A DNA stretch of 64,000 nt, taken from the human T2T-CHM13v2.0 reference genome, Homo sapiens. The notes beneath the pieces were generated by a model. It saw nothing but the letters and a program-made list of their open reading frames with translations, ran no database searches and was not told the DNA's origin. The stretch lies in assembly GCF_009914755.1 (NCBI RefSeq), contig NC_060939.1; one strand, written 5' to 3'. Position 1 is the stretch's first letter. Every line of letters starts with the position of its first letter. The position numbers and the translations under genes are program-made. Below are positions 25,410 through 37,409 of this stretch, in pieces.

Positions 25410-26750
25410 CAGCTTAACTGAGCATCAACCATGCCTCACACATTGTGCCAGGCATTGCGGTTAGAAAAATAATAAGGACATAGTCCTGCTTCAAGGAGCT
25501 CACAGCCTGGAAGAGAATGTGGGTATGCAAACAAATTATAATAAGTCACCATAAGGGATACAGCAAAGGTAGTCTATGGAGGGAGGGAAATGAGTAACTC
25601 TGTCTGTGAAGAGTCTTTGAAGTTGTCTTCCAAGCCTGCTATTTGAAGGCTGACCAGTAATTCCCCAAGTAAACAGGGGCAGAAAGGCATTCCAGACAGA
25701 GGAAATGCATGTGGGGAAAGGGTCAGGAATGTTGACAGCATGATGCATTTCAGAGACCACAAGAATTTAGATATTGTAGGACTATCAGGTGCAAGGTAGA
25801 AGAGGAATATGAAAGCAGCAAGCAGAGGCCAGATCATAAGGAACTGTGTCTGCCATGCCAACGAGTTCAGACCTCACTAGTCGGTAATGGGGTTGCCAGG
25901 GCAAGGGTTCTAAGCAAAAGACAGACTAAATTATCTTTCTATTTTAGAAAGATAACTTTGTCAGCTTAGGGAATGCCAGAGCCTGAACTAAAGCCTATGG
26001 CAGACGGAACAGGAAGAAGATGATTCACCGAAGAGATATCAGAGAAATGCAACCAACCTATGTGGTACCCTGGAAGAAGGAGAAACTGAAAGTTGGATAA
26101 GTCTCAAGTTTCTAAATTAGGAGGCTTTGTGGTTGATGATGCTACCAACGAGATGGAGAGACTACAGAAGAGACTTAAGGATGGAGGTAAGTGCTATGGT
26201 CTAAATATTTGTTCCCCCCACCTCCAAATTCATGGGTTGAAACCTAATCCCCAGTGTGATGATATTAAGAAGTGGAGCCTTTGGGAGGTGGCTAGGTCAT
26301 GCAGGCAGAGCCCTTGTGAATGGAATTAGTGCCCTCATAAAAGTGGCCTGAAGCAGTTTGTTTGCCCCTCCCACCAACTATGAGAAACCTGCCCTCATCA
26401 GACACCAAATCTTCTGATGCTTTGAACTTAGGCTTCGTAGCATCCAGAACTGTCAGAAACAAATTTTTGTTATTTATAAGTTACCTAGTCTAAGGGGTTT
26501 TCTTATAGCCGTTCTAATGAACTAAGACAGCCTGGAGGAGCATTATTCCATTTTGGATAAATTGAGTTTTCTATCTGGGTGGAGATATCTGGGAAGTAGT
26601 TGTTTCAAACCCCATGGTGGAAACTCACCCAAGGAGAACAGGAGAGGAGCAGAAAACCAAAGTAGACCCTGGAAAATGCCACCTACCTGTCGTGACAAGC
26701 AGAGGATGCTGATGACAAGAGCAACGCGTCCAAATGAAGAATGAGTCCAG
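25410..26750 (-). mobile_element. L2 remnant interrupted by MLT1A
   Basis: Purine-rich L2 antisense motifs (aggcattccagacagagg, gccagatcata, agaaagataact) on both sides of the LTR. Confidence 0.6.
26192..26529 (+). mobile_element. MLT1A-type MaLR solo LTR
   Basis: TGCTATGGTCTAAAT start; gcctttgggaggtg; tccagaactgtcagaaacaaa; end actaagACA. Confidence 0.85.
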
Positions 26751-29203
26751 CACATGCTAGAGATCTTTAGATTCCTTAACTGTTTGAAGAGCCCTTTCCT
26801 CAAACAAAATCTCAGGTGAAGCCCAGCATGTAAAACAGAAGTTGAGCTGCTCTCCCTGAAGTAACTTCACCAACACTGAGCCCCTTCCCTACATCTTTAG
26901 CCAACAGAGTAAAGCCTCAGAAGCACAGGACTGAAGATACCATGAGAATTAGGGAGCGTGGATGCTCAACAGTAGAAGGCTTGAGGCACAGACCTCCCCC
27001 CAAAACTAGGTAAAGGAAATGAGAACTATATTGATGGGTGTCAACACAGAGTGCAGACTGTTTGCACCAGAGGACCATTTCCTTGCTTTCCACCGAAGAC
27101 AGGGAGGTCCAGAGTTAGGTGGTTAGATTGGTAGTCAGGTTAAGTCTGGGCACAGTCTAGAGAGTGGCTGAGAGAGGATCAAGCTGCTAGTCCAGGAGTC
27201 TTACTACTGTATCCATTTCATTCCAATTTCCCTGGAACTCAACCTGGAGCTGAAACCGAAGCCCAAGGTAGAATGAGCAATTCCGTCATAAGCTCTTTGG
27301 AGGTGGAAGCTATGGGTTTGGACTTCTACATGGTGGGCTCCCTGAAAGAGCTTACTAAACACTTCCTGCATGAGTGGCAGAGTACATCTGAAAAAGACCT
27401 GGGCTTTCTCCGAAACTGTGCTGCTCTCCTTAGGACAGGGGACCTTCTGATCAAATAGAGTGTCTTCACTTACGCAGCATTATCCACCAGAATAGCTCCT
27501 TAAAGCAAGGTAGATGGCACTGGAGGAATTACTGAGACTCCTGCCTGTCAGATGGCAAAAACACTTATGGAAAGATTGTAGATGATTGTCACAATAGCAT
27601 TTTAAAATGCTAACCTTCCCTACAGTCAATGGCTCCAAGAAAATCTCATGAGACTATCTGTGCCAAGGTGGCAAGATCAGGTACCAGGCTAGAATGGCAG
27701 CTAAATCTCTAAGCAAATAGAGGTGGTAGAAACAGGGCTGGAAGTGAGAGCTTAGAGCACGTCACTTCTGTCCCTTCCATGCCATCATGTGGCTTCTCAA
27801 TGCTAAAATAACCTAGCGGGAGCCAGCCACAACTTAAAAATTCTTAGAAATAGGAGGTGAGCCTGAAAGATTTATTATGCAACAACCTCAAGGGCCAGTC
27901 TCAGACAGATACTGGAAGAGCAAGGAGGAGCAGGCAAGCAATTTGCCTTTTAATTTATCTTGCTCTTCTGGATGAAATTAACTTTTGGCTTGCTGCAGCA
28001 CAATTTACCTCTAAGTTTGCTGCTGGAGAAGTTAGTGACATTGCTTGCTAAAGCTTTGCCACTATGCAGAGTTTTTTCCGACTGTTTCTCTTTTATACCA
28101 GGGGAGTGAAGATGAGGAGTTTGCTCCTTAGTCTGACTCAGAATCTCCCACTTGAATAAGTAATCTCAACCCAGATCATGGGACAACAAGACAGGGTAAA
28201 TACACAACTCAGTTTTCTGTCCAAAGAAATCCAAGTCTCTTTCTTTTCCAAAGGTGAAATCAGAGGAGATTTAAATAGGCAAGGTGAAATTATCCAAATC
28301 CAATCTGGCTTGAGAGAAGAAATTCCACTTCCAATGTTCCCAAGCATCAAATGTGGATTTTAAGGATCAAATATAAAACAGACTAGCTAATGATTGCTCA
28401 ATTTCCAAAACTCCTGGCAAGTAACACAGATGAGCCGATGTCCTCCTAATGCTGTTCTGGAATCCTGTTAGTGGAACAGAATGTCCCACAAGGTTCCACG
28501 AGTTTCTATATCTGCAACACAGGCACAAGTAATTTTCCCAGTATTCAGCTTTCTTTGTTCAATAGGAGCTGGTTTGGGAAGTGTTGTCTATAGGGGGTGT
28601 TTTTTGCTGGCTTTTTAAAATAAACAACTGACTGAAAGCCAAAAAAGAATCTCACAACCCACTACTGGAACAAGTCTCAGTGTGGATCTCAGGTTTTGGA
28701 GATGAACCACCAAGCAGACATTTTGGGGAAACCAAAGAACAGAGAAGGGTCAGGATACAACTTTCAGCCAACAAGTCACATTATTCGGCATGAGAGAGTA
28801 CACACACAACTATCAGTAACCAGGGACAGATGTGGGTTAACCTCAGGATGTTCAGAAAAATCAAAGATGGAGAAGGATGCAGAAACATTTGGACTTTCTG
28901 CCTTCTAACTGAGGCATCCTTATCCAGCTGCCAGTTCTCAGGAGCAAGTGACACCAGGAATGCCTATAACCTGGATAAGTGCTCCCAGCCAGGCCAGCCT
29001 CAGGTACTGCATCTGAACTTGGCCTCAACAAGAAGGCTAAAGGGAAGGAATCTGATCACAGTGGCAGCATCGGGACTCTCTACCTGCTTGCCTCATCCCT
29101 GGAGCTACTCATTAAAGTCCTACTCCAGCTCCCAGAGGCTATAGAACAGTAAGTAGTCACAAGAGCCACCATCTCTTTGAGCACTATGCAGGCATTCTAG
29201 ACG

Positions 29204-29673
29204 CAGTTGACCCTTACACAACACAGGTTCATACCGTGTGGGTTTGCTTACACTTTTTCTTTTATTTCAATAAAAGTTCCACCTATTTGCCTGCCTCTCC
29301 TGCCTCCCCTTCTATCTCCTCCACCTCTTCCATCTCTGGCACACCTGAGACAGTAAGACCAACCTCTCCTCTTTCTCCTCCTCCTCAGCCTACTCAATGT
29401 GAAGATGATGAGGATGATGATCTTTATGATGATCCACTTCCACTTAATGAATAGTAAATATATTTTCTTTCTCTTATGGTTTTCTTAATAACATTTTCTT
29501 TTCTCTAGCTTTGTTGTAAGAATAGCCTACAGTTCACCCGTGAACAATGTGGGGGTTAGGGGCACCACACTGCTGTGCCTTCAAAAATCCAACACTTAAC
29601 CATGAATAAACTATCATTGACCAGAAGCCTTGTCAATAACATAAATAGTCAATCAACACATATTTCATATGTA
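29204..29673. mobile_element. Tigger2a-like MITE with inverted right end
   Basis: CAGTTGACCCTT at 29204; cagcctactcaatgtgaagatgatgagg...ccacttccacttaatgaatag; second TIR CAGTTCACCCGTGAACAA at 29530 in the same orientation. Confidence 0.85.
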
Positions 29674-31114
29674 TTTGAAATGTATGAGTCCACAGGCACA
29701 GAGGTACTAAAACCTATTCTCAATTTTTAAAAGTTATATAGAAGCAGCAGTGGAAACTACTCATACCCCGCAAACACACACAGTTTCCTGGCCCCACACT
29801 CACGCTTGATGCTATGATCTTTCTTACCTCCAGGTGGGAGGATGCTGGCTCTTATTCCCATAGGCTGATTTCTTTTAGAGGGGGAAAATCCAGGCTCTGA
29901 GGCCAGGAGAGAAGGGGATGGACAGAAGTTCAGGTAGGTTCCCTTGGGGCTTAGAACTACGAACACTGATGAGGCCCCAGCTCAGCCCTGCTGTCAACCT
30001 ATTGTCCCTAGAATCACTGCTTTGGACTGATGCCCTGGTCATCAGAAGGATCCTGTTGAAGTATAAGTATTTCCTTGGCACACTGTACTAACTCACGATC
30101 CTTAATCACTTACTCAATGGTTTGAAAGGCAGCATAGTATAGCTGTTCATGTGGGCCAGACTGAGTTCAAATCTTGACTCAACCACATACTAACTGTAAT
30201 CTTGGCTTAGCTTCTCTGTACTTCTTTATCTGTTTCTTTATCTGTAAATGAGGATGCTAATGCAATAATACTGCCTATAGCATAAGAAAGTTATGAAAAG
30301 TAATGGATCAAGTACCTATAAAGATCTTAAAACCATGAGTTTGCCATATTGAAACCACTTTACTTTTTGGCACTAAGGGCTACCAAATAAATTCCTAAAG
30401 ACCCACCTCCAAGAAACTTAAATTCATCAAAGAGAAATGAGATAGGCACAACCATGTTAACATTCTAGGTCCAAAGTGGTAAGCACTGTAAGAGAAGTAC
30501 AAGTAAATGTTAAGCGAGTTTTGAGAAGGAGTAATGTCTTCCAAAGTGTTGGAGCAGGGGCTGGGAAAACTTTGGAGAATGGAACCCAGCCTTAGAAAGT
30601 CATAGGTACTTTATACAGAGTTATGGAAAATTCGGGCACTTCACAAGAAAGAAGTGCATGATACAAGACAGAGGTAGAAGAACCTAGGTTTGTGTGAGGA
30701 AGAAAACATAATTTAGTTGGTCAGTGCAGAGTTGTTTTTTTTGTTTTTTTGTTTGTTTAATGTGGTCACTATGATCTCTCATCTGGACTCCTGCAACGGT
30801 CTTCCAATCCTTCTCCCTGGTATCACTCTTGCCTGCCACAGAGCAGCCAGAGTGGTTTTGTTGACACAACCCAGATCCTATCTCTCCCTTCCACTAGCTT
30901 CTCATTGCGTTTGGAATAAAATTCAAATGCTGTACCTAGGCCTATGAGGCCCAGCTTGGTCTAGCCCCCTCCTCTCTCTTCAATTTCAATTCCCATGGTT
31001 TCTTTGGTCCTTTAAGTTCCAGCTGCACTGGCATGGTCTCTTTTTTGTTCCTCTGATATCTAAGCTCATTCCTGCTTAAAGTCTCTTCACTTACTCTTCC
31101 CTCAGCTCAGAATG

Positions 31115-31810
31115 TTTTTTTTGTTTTCAAATTTAAGTTCTGGGATGCATGTGCAGAACATGCAGGTTACATAGGTATACATGTATCATGGTGGTTTGCT
31201 GCACTCATCAACCCATCATCTAGGTTTTAAGCCCCGCATGCATTAGGTATTTGTCGTAATGCTCTCCCTCCCCTTGCGCCCCACCCCCAAACAGGCCCCA
31301 GTGTGTAATGTTCCCTTCCCTGTATCCACGTGTTCCCACTGTTCAACTCTCACTTATGAGTGAGAATATGTGGTGTTTGGTTTTCTGTTCCTGTATTAGT
31401 TTGCTGAGAATGATGGTTTCCAGCTTCATCCATGTCCCTGCAGAGGACAGGAACTCATCCTTTTTTATGGATGCGTAGTCTTCCATGTTATATACATGCC
31501 ACATTTTCTTTATCTATTCTATCACTGATGGGCATTTGGGTTGGTTCCAAGTCTTTGCTATTATGAATAATGCTGCAATAAGCATACATATTCATGTGTC
31601 TTTATAGTAGAATGATTTATAATCCTTTGGGCATATACCCAGTAATAGGGTTGCTGGGTCTAATAGTATTTCTGGTTCCAGATCCTTGAGGAATCACCCA
31701 TCAGGCTAACAGCAGATCTCTCTGCAGATACCTTACAAGCCAGAAGACAGTGGGGGCCAATATTCAACATTCTTCAAGAAAATAATTTTTAACCCAGAAT
31801 TTCATATGCA
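31115..31810 (-). mobile_element. L1PA (PA8-like) 3' end with an inverted ORF1 fragment at its 5' side
   Basis: 31115-31698 is antisense 3' UTR/ORF2 end; 31697-31810 is sense ORF1 sequence (PIRLTADLSADTLQARRQWGPIFNILQ). Confidence 0.9.
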
Positions 31811-34800
31811 GGGGAGTTTTTAAAAACACCAATGCTTCAGCCTCACCCCCAGCCCCTTGATTCTGATTTAATGGGTCTCCATAGGGTTGGAGCATTTGTA
31901 AAGCTGTGGTTCTGTTGGCTAAAAGCCAGAGAGTAGACTAGAGAGGTACTTAGGAGTCAGCAATGGAAGGCCTTGAGGGTTGGATGGGAGGGAGGAAAGG
32001 GGCCTGGGAGTCTCCCCAGGCTAAGGCTTAGATGACTGAGGACCAAGAGGGGCTGCTCAGTGAGACTCAGAGCAAAGATGAAAGCAGCACAAAATAAGGA
32101 ATTGTGAGAGGGCTCTCGTGTCTTCCTTGATATCACATAAGAGATTCATCATCCATATTTGATGAGAATCATTGGTTTGGTGTTTTACCTCACCTGTGGA
32201 CAAGGAGCCCCACATGGGTGATGCCTATATTCTAAGAAGCTTGCCTTGCCTTGGTTCTGAACCTGCCTCTCAGTCTCCTCTGAGTTATTTCCCTTCTGAT
32301 CCCTACAGCTCTCTTCACGAGTTTCTCAGACAGTGCCCAGGGTTTGCATGGTTGGGCTTTGCCGGGCAGGTTCACGCTCATCTGCACCAATCCTTTCACG
32401 CATCTGCAGGCAGTTGATGCATCCCTTCTCTGCTTCAGTCTTTCCACTCCAAAGCTTCCTCCTTTCTAGTCAGCCTACCATCCCTTGAATGGTTCCCATG
32501 CTCTTTCTCTGCACCTTCTCCAGTTCTGCAGATGTGAGAGCCTGAAGTAGTATCCTGTATCCCAGGTGTGGAATCTGTGAGGTTCCAGGAACAACCATGA
32601 TTCATTGAATAGAGACCTGCTCCTTTCTCAGTGAAACCCACCTTCTTCACTGGGAGCGGATCAGATTGCTGGATACATGAGCTTTTTTGCCCATTTTATT
32701 TAATATATACATATTACATATGTATATATGTATGTATGTATACACACACAGCATAATAATTTGTTCCAGCTTAAAACCAAGTGCCTATTACACTCGAAAT
32801 GCAAAATATGACTATTTCAGATTAAAGGGGCTTATTCTGAACCAAGTGGAAGGATGTCCTGTCTTCAAGACATAAGAGGCTTTCTTTGATTTCATTTTCC
32901 TTGGTCCCCATCTATTCAAACACTGCTTAGCAAATGAAGTTCTGCAGAAGAGAAGGAGCTGGGACGGCGTCGCTGACATCCTCAAAGAACAGAGGAACAT
33001 TTTTAGCACAAACACCGTCACACACATTTTCCACCGCCTCAATTAGATGACATGCACTGTACGAAAATGACACCTGCCATCTATTCTTAAGTACATCACA
33101 AAATACAGTGATTTTATACATAAATCTTTAACAGAGGAGGAACAATGCGACATAAGCTCAGCGTTCCTTTGTTTCCAATCACCCTGGGTGTGGCGGCCAT
33201 AGGCACAAGGGCAGAAACACATTTGTTCCCACAGCCTTTGCTGCAAAGGAGACCGGGCGCCACAAACCCTTCCTGTACTCACCCAAGCCCTCTGCTTGTA
33301 AATGTTATTTTTTCCTTATTTCAAAATTATCTAAAGACCAATTGGTTCCAGGCAGCTCTTTCTGTATATTAATTTTTAATTGGAGAAATAGCAATTAGAT
33401 GCTGCATTGATTGCCAGTTCCCGTAATCTTTTTTAATTTGAGATAACAATCTATTCAAAAAATGAGTTTGTCCCTAAAATATCTTTTCTTAATGGCAATG
33501 ATAACTGAAGTTATATACAAAACCAGCAGAGCAGCCCACAGGGAAGGGGTCTAAATTATACATGGAATATTCTGCACCTGGTTCGTCAGTTACAACAAAA
33601 ACTTTACCACATGTGCTCTAGGAAAATGGTCAATTTCATATGTCGTTTTTATTAATTTCATTTTTGAAACAACCAGATAATCTCTGAAGAGAAGATTTGC
33701 ATGGTATTAAGCCTGCTTTTCTATACCCAAGAAACCTAAGATGTGTAGATAATAAAATTCTTATTTAGCTCCTTTCTGTAGACACTGGCAAAAGGCAGAT
33801 AGTGAGGGAGAAAGAGGAATTAGAGAGGAATAGACTCCCTGATCTGGAGGAACTCCCAGTCTGGGGCTGAGCAGATAGGAATGCAAGTTCAATACATAGA
33901 CCAGCACATCTCAAGTTTTTACCAGATCTTCCTGAGTAAGGAATGTTAAGGCCTCCAGGGGAGCCTCCAATAAATAATCACCTTCTTCTAGCCCAGTTCT
34001 AAACTGAACAATTTGAGAAAAACAGAAGCATCAAGGTGGAAGCCAAATATCACCTCTTTTATCACAGACACTAAGCAAGAGCCTCTGGCTTAGGGTGAGA
34101 GTCCATCAGACCAGCTAACTGAATCCCTGAAGTAGGAAGGTTTCAAGACATGACTGCCTGCCCAGAAAGGAATTGCATATGGAGGCGTAAGGGACCTCAG
34201 TTACTCTCTAGAAAGGAGGAGGGCACTCTCAAGAGAAAGAACAAAGGAGTTGCCATGCTGAACATGCTTAGTTACTCTTTCCACATTTACCAAGTTGAGA
34301 TGCCCACTCCACCTCCCCAGGTGTGTGTGACAAAGCAGAGAAGAGGGGCTGCAAGTATGTATAGGAAAAATTGCTCCCCATGGAAACCAAGATCAGAGAA
34401 AATGGATTTTCCTCTAAAAAGGACAGGGAACTGGGGTCCAGAAAAGGTAACAAAGTGACTTGTTCCTACCCAGCATAATTTTTTGCTGTCTCATGTTTTA
34501 TCTTAAAATTGCGTAAGATTTTTATATTCTGTTGCATAAGATTTCATGTAACATGGTTTTGGCCATGAGATATTTTACATTAGAGAAGTCTCTGAAATTG
34601 AGCACATCTGGGCTTGAATTCTGCCGTTCTGGTTTGGACAATTCTCTGTGCTTCAGTGTCCTTATCTGAAAAATGGGGATAACGACTGTCCATCCTTAGT
34701 AGAACATTAGAAAATGATTAGAAAAGATAAGTCAGAGAAAAGGCTCTGGCATGCAGTAAGAACTCAGTAATTATTACCTGAATTTATTTCCATTATTGTC

Positions 34801-35409
34801 TTCCAGGAAGATTTCCTTATTTCTGCTATGTGTCTCATGCATCCTGTCTGCTCACTGAGAACCCTGTGGTTCACATTTTCCAGCAAAAGAAACTTTGTTT
34901 TGCTACTCAACTGAACGTTCCTCTGAAAACAATATCCTTCCCTGCCTTCCATGCCCTACACCCTGCTCCCTCAATCATTCTTAGTCCATGTCTGCTGAAA
35001 GCCTGTGGTGCAAAGTGTTGGGGGTGGAGATGGAGAGGAGGAAAGAGGTAAAAAGATGAAATATACAGAACTCTGCCTCTCAAGAACTTCTGATCTGGAA
35101 AGAGTGATAAAACTTGTTTATCCACAAGGTATAGTTTATTCACAAGTTGTACAAGTAGCACAAATAGAAATTTATGATAATCTGGAGTGAGAACAGGGCC
35201 TAAAACCCTCCCTTCTCCATCCTACTCTGATCACTCAGGAGTAGGTCTCAATGCACTCACTGGAGACATAGTGTAAGGGGGTGACCACCCATGACTGAAG
35301 CTTACAAAATTAGGAAGAATATTGGTAAGAACAGATATGTTTGCCAGAATTCATATGATAAATAACTAGCCTCCATTCATCTTGAAAGCTATAATTTGGG
35401 AGATGGGGG

Positions 35410-35818
35410 TGTATTCATTCATTCTCATACTGTTATAAAGAAATACCAGAGACTGGGTAATTTATAAGGAAAGGAGGTTTCATTGGCTCATGGTTCCACA
35501 AGCTGTAGATGAAGCATCTGCTTGACTTCTGGAGAGGGCTCAGGAAACTTACAATCATGGTGGAAGGTGAAAGGGGAGCCAGTACTTGACATGGCTGGAG
35601 CAGGAGGAAGAGACAGAGTGGGGAGGTGCTACACACTTTTAAACAAGCAGATCTCCTGAGAACTCACTCACTATACAGTACCAAAGGTGCATGGTGCTAA
35701 ACCATTCATGAGAACCCTGCCCCCATGATCCAATCACCTCCCACCAGGCCCCTTCTACAACACCGGGGATTATAATTAGACCTGAGATTTGGCAGGGACA
35801 CAGATTCAAACCATATCT
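35410..35818 (-). mobile_element. MST (MSTA/B) MaLR solo LTR
   Basis: tgtatt...ataaagaaataccagagactgggtaatttataagg...ttacaatcatgg...aaaccatatc. Confidence 0.9.
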
Positions 35819-36062
35819 GGGGAAATTATACACAATTTATTGCTAAGGATAGTTGCCTCAGAAACATATGATCCACCAGGAGAGATAAAGTCTAAGATAT
35901 CTATAATTTAAATATAAGATACATATAATTTCAATGGATACAAATCATTGATTATAATAGCTAATATATAAATACTGAACAGTTACTATAGTATTCAGCA
36001 TTTGTCTTATATTATCTCACTTAAAAACTGAGATTCTCATAAAGTTTGGGATGAAAGAGGTG

Positions 36063-36634
36063 TGTCTTAAGTTGAGTTATCTGGGAAACAGTCTGAGGCA
36101 GAGATTTGTGGGTGGGACGTTTACTGAAGAGTGCTCATAGGAATCACACCTGCAAGGCATGAGGAAGCAGGACTGGGCAAGGGGGAAGGTGAACCCAATT
36201 CAGTCACAACAAAGGTCTCAGCTGATTCCCACAAGGAGCTATGAAGCTGGGATAGCTCTTCAGAGACGTCCTCAGTGGAAGACAGGGGTCAGGACTCTGT
36301 ATCCCTATATTACTAGCCATTGGATACTGGCTGCTCCTGAAGAAGGCAGGTGACTTGAACGAGGCAGCACCCTTTGGCAGATACTGATATCTGTTCGTAT
36401 CAATCTTCTTCCTAATTTTATAATTTTACCTCTGCCAAAGGGTGCTGCTGCCTCATTCAAGTCACATGCCTTCTTAGGGAGCAGTCAGTATCCAGTGACT
36501 GGTAATGTAGGGCTACAGAATCCTGAAAGAGACTAAGCTGTGAGCTGTCAGCAGCCAATGCTCCCAGGAGTTGGGGAAATGGGTACCTCAGTCCTCAAGT
36601 GAGGATCCGAGTGACACACCACAGTATCCACTAC
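36063..36634 (-). mobile_element. Old MaLR LTR (MLT1H/I-like)
   Basis: tgtcttaagttgag...cagtctgaggcagagattt...gagctgtcagcagcc...cagtatccactaca. Confidence 0.6.
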
Positions 36635-36794
36635 AGGGAAAGAAGAATAAAAAGGAGGTAAATGTATTGAGCACCATCTACATTCCAAGCACTGTGGAGG
36701 ACAATTTTCTTATTGCATTTAGTCCTGCTGTATAGACATCAGTGACTTATTTAAAGCTTCAGAGAGATTACAACATCCCTTCTTTCCTCTAACT

Positions 36795-37409
36795 TAGTCA
36801 TTCTCAACAGGGAGTAATGTTTCCCCCAGAAGACACTTAGCAATATCTGGAGACATGTTTGCTTGTCAAAACGGGGAGTGGGGTGCTACTGGCATAAGTA
36901 GAGGCCAGGGATGCTGCTAAAAAGCCTATCATGCATAGGACAGGCCCCCATAGCATTTATCCAGCCCCAAATGCCCACAGTGCTGAGGTTGAGTGTGTTA
37001 GTCCATTTTGCATTGCTGTAAAGGAATACCTGAGACTGGGTAATTTATAAAGAAAAAAGGTTTATTTGGCTCACAGTTCTGCAGTCATACAAGCATGGCA
37101 CCAACATCTGTTCAGCTTTTGATGAGGAAGCTTTTCCTTATGGAAGAAGATGAAGGGGACCAGGCATGTCACATGGCAAAAGAGGGGGCAAGAGAGATGC
37201 CATGCCCTTTAAAACAACCAGCTCTCATGTGAACTCGTAGTGCGAGAACTCACTCAATATTGCAGGGAGGGCACCAAGCCATTCATGAGGGATCCACCCC
37301 CAATGACAAAAACACCACCCACCAGGCCCCACCTCTAACTGTGGGAATCACATTTCAACATGAGATTTGGAGGGGACAAACAACCAAACTATATCATTGA
37401 GAAACTTCT
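36795..37409. mobile_element. MER20 (hAT-Charlie) split by an MST LTR
   Basis: ttctcaac...gcaatatctggagaca...gtagaggccagggatgctgctaa...gtgctgaggttgag | LTR | aaacttct; near 8-bp TSD ctctaact / ctctaaac. Confidence 0.85.
36994..37396 (-). mobile_element. MSTB-like MaLR solo LTR
   Basis: tgtgttagtccattttgcattgctgtaaagg...aaactatatca; perfect 5-bp TSD TTGAG at 36989-36993 and 37397-37401. Confidence 0.92.

Noticed and set aside
29236-29454. Pro/acidic-rich 72-aa ORF
   Set aside because: Lies wholly within the Tigger2a MITE.
33270-33335. Minus-strand donor GG|GTGAGTA as end of a coding exon
   Set aside because: The nearest plausible acceptor gives stops in all three frames.
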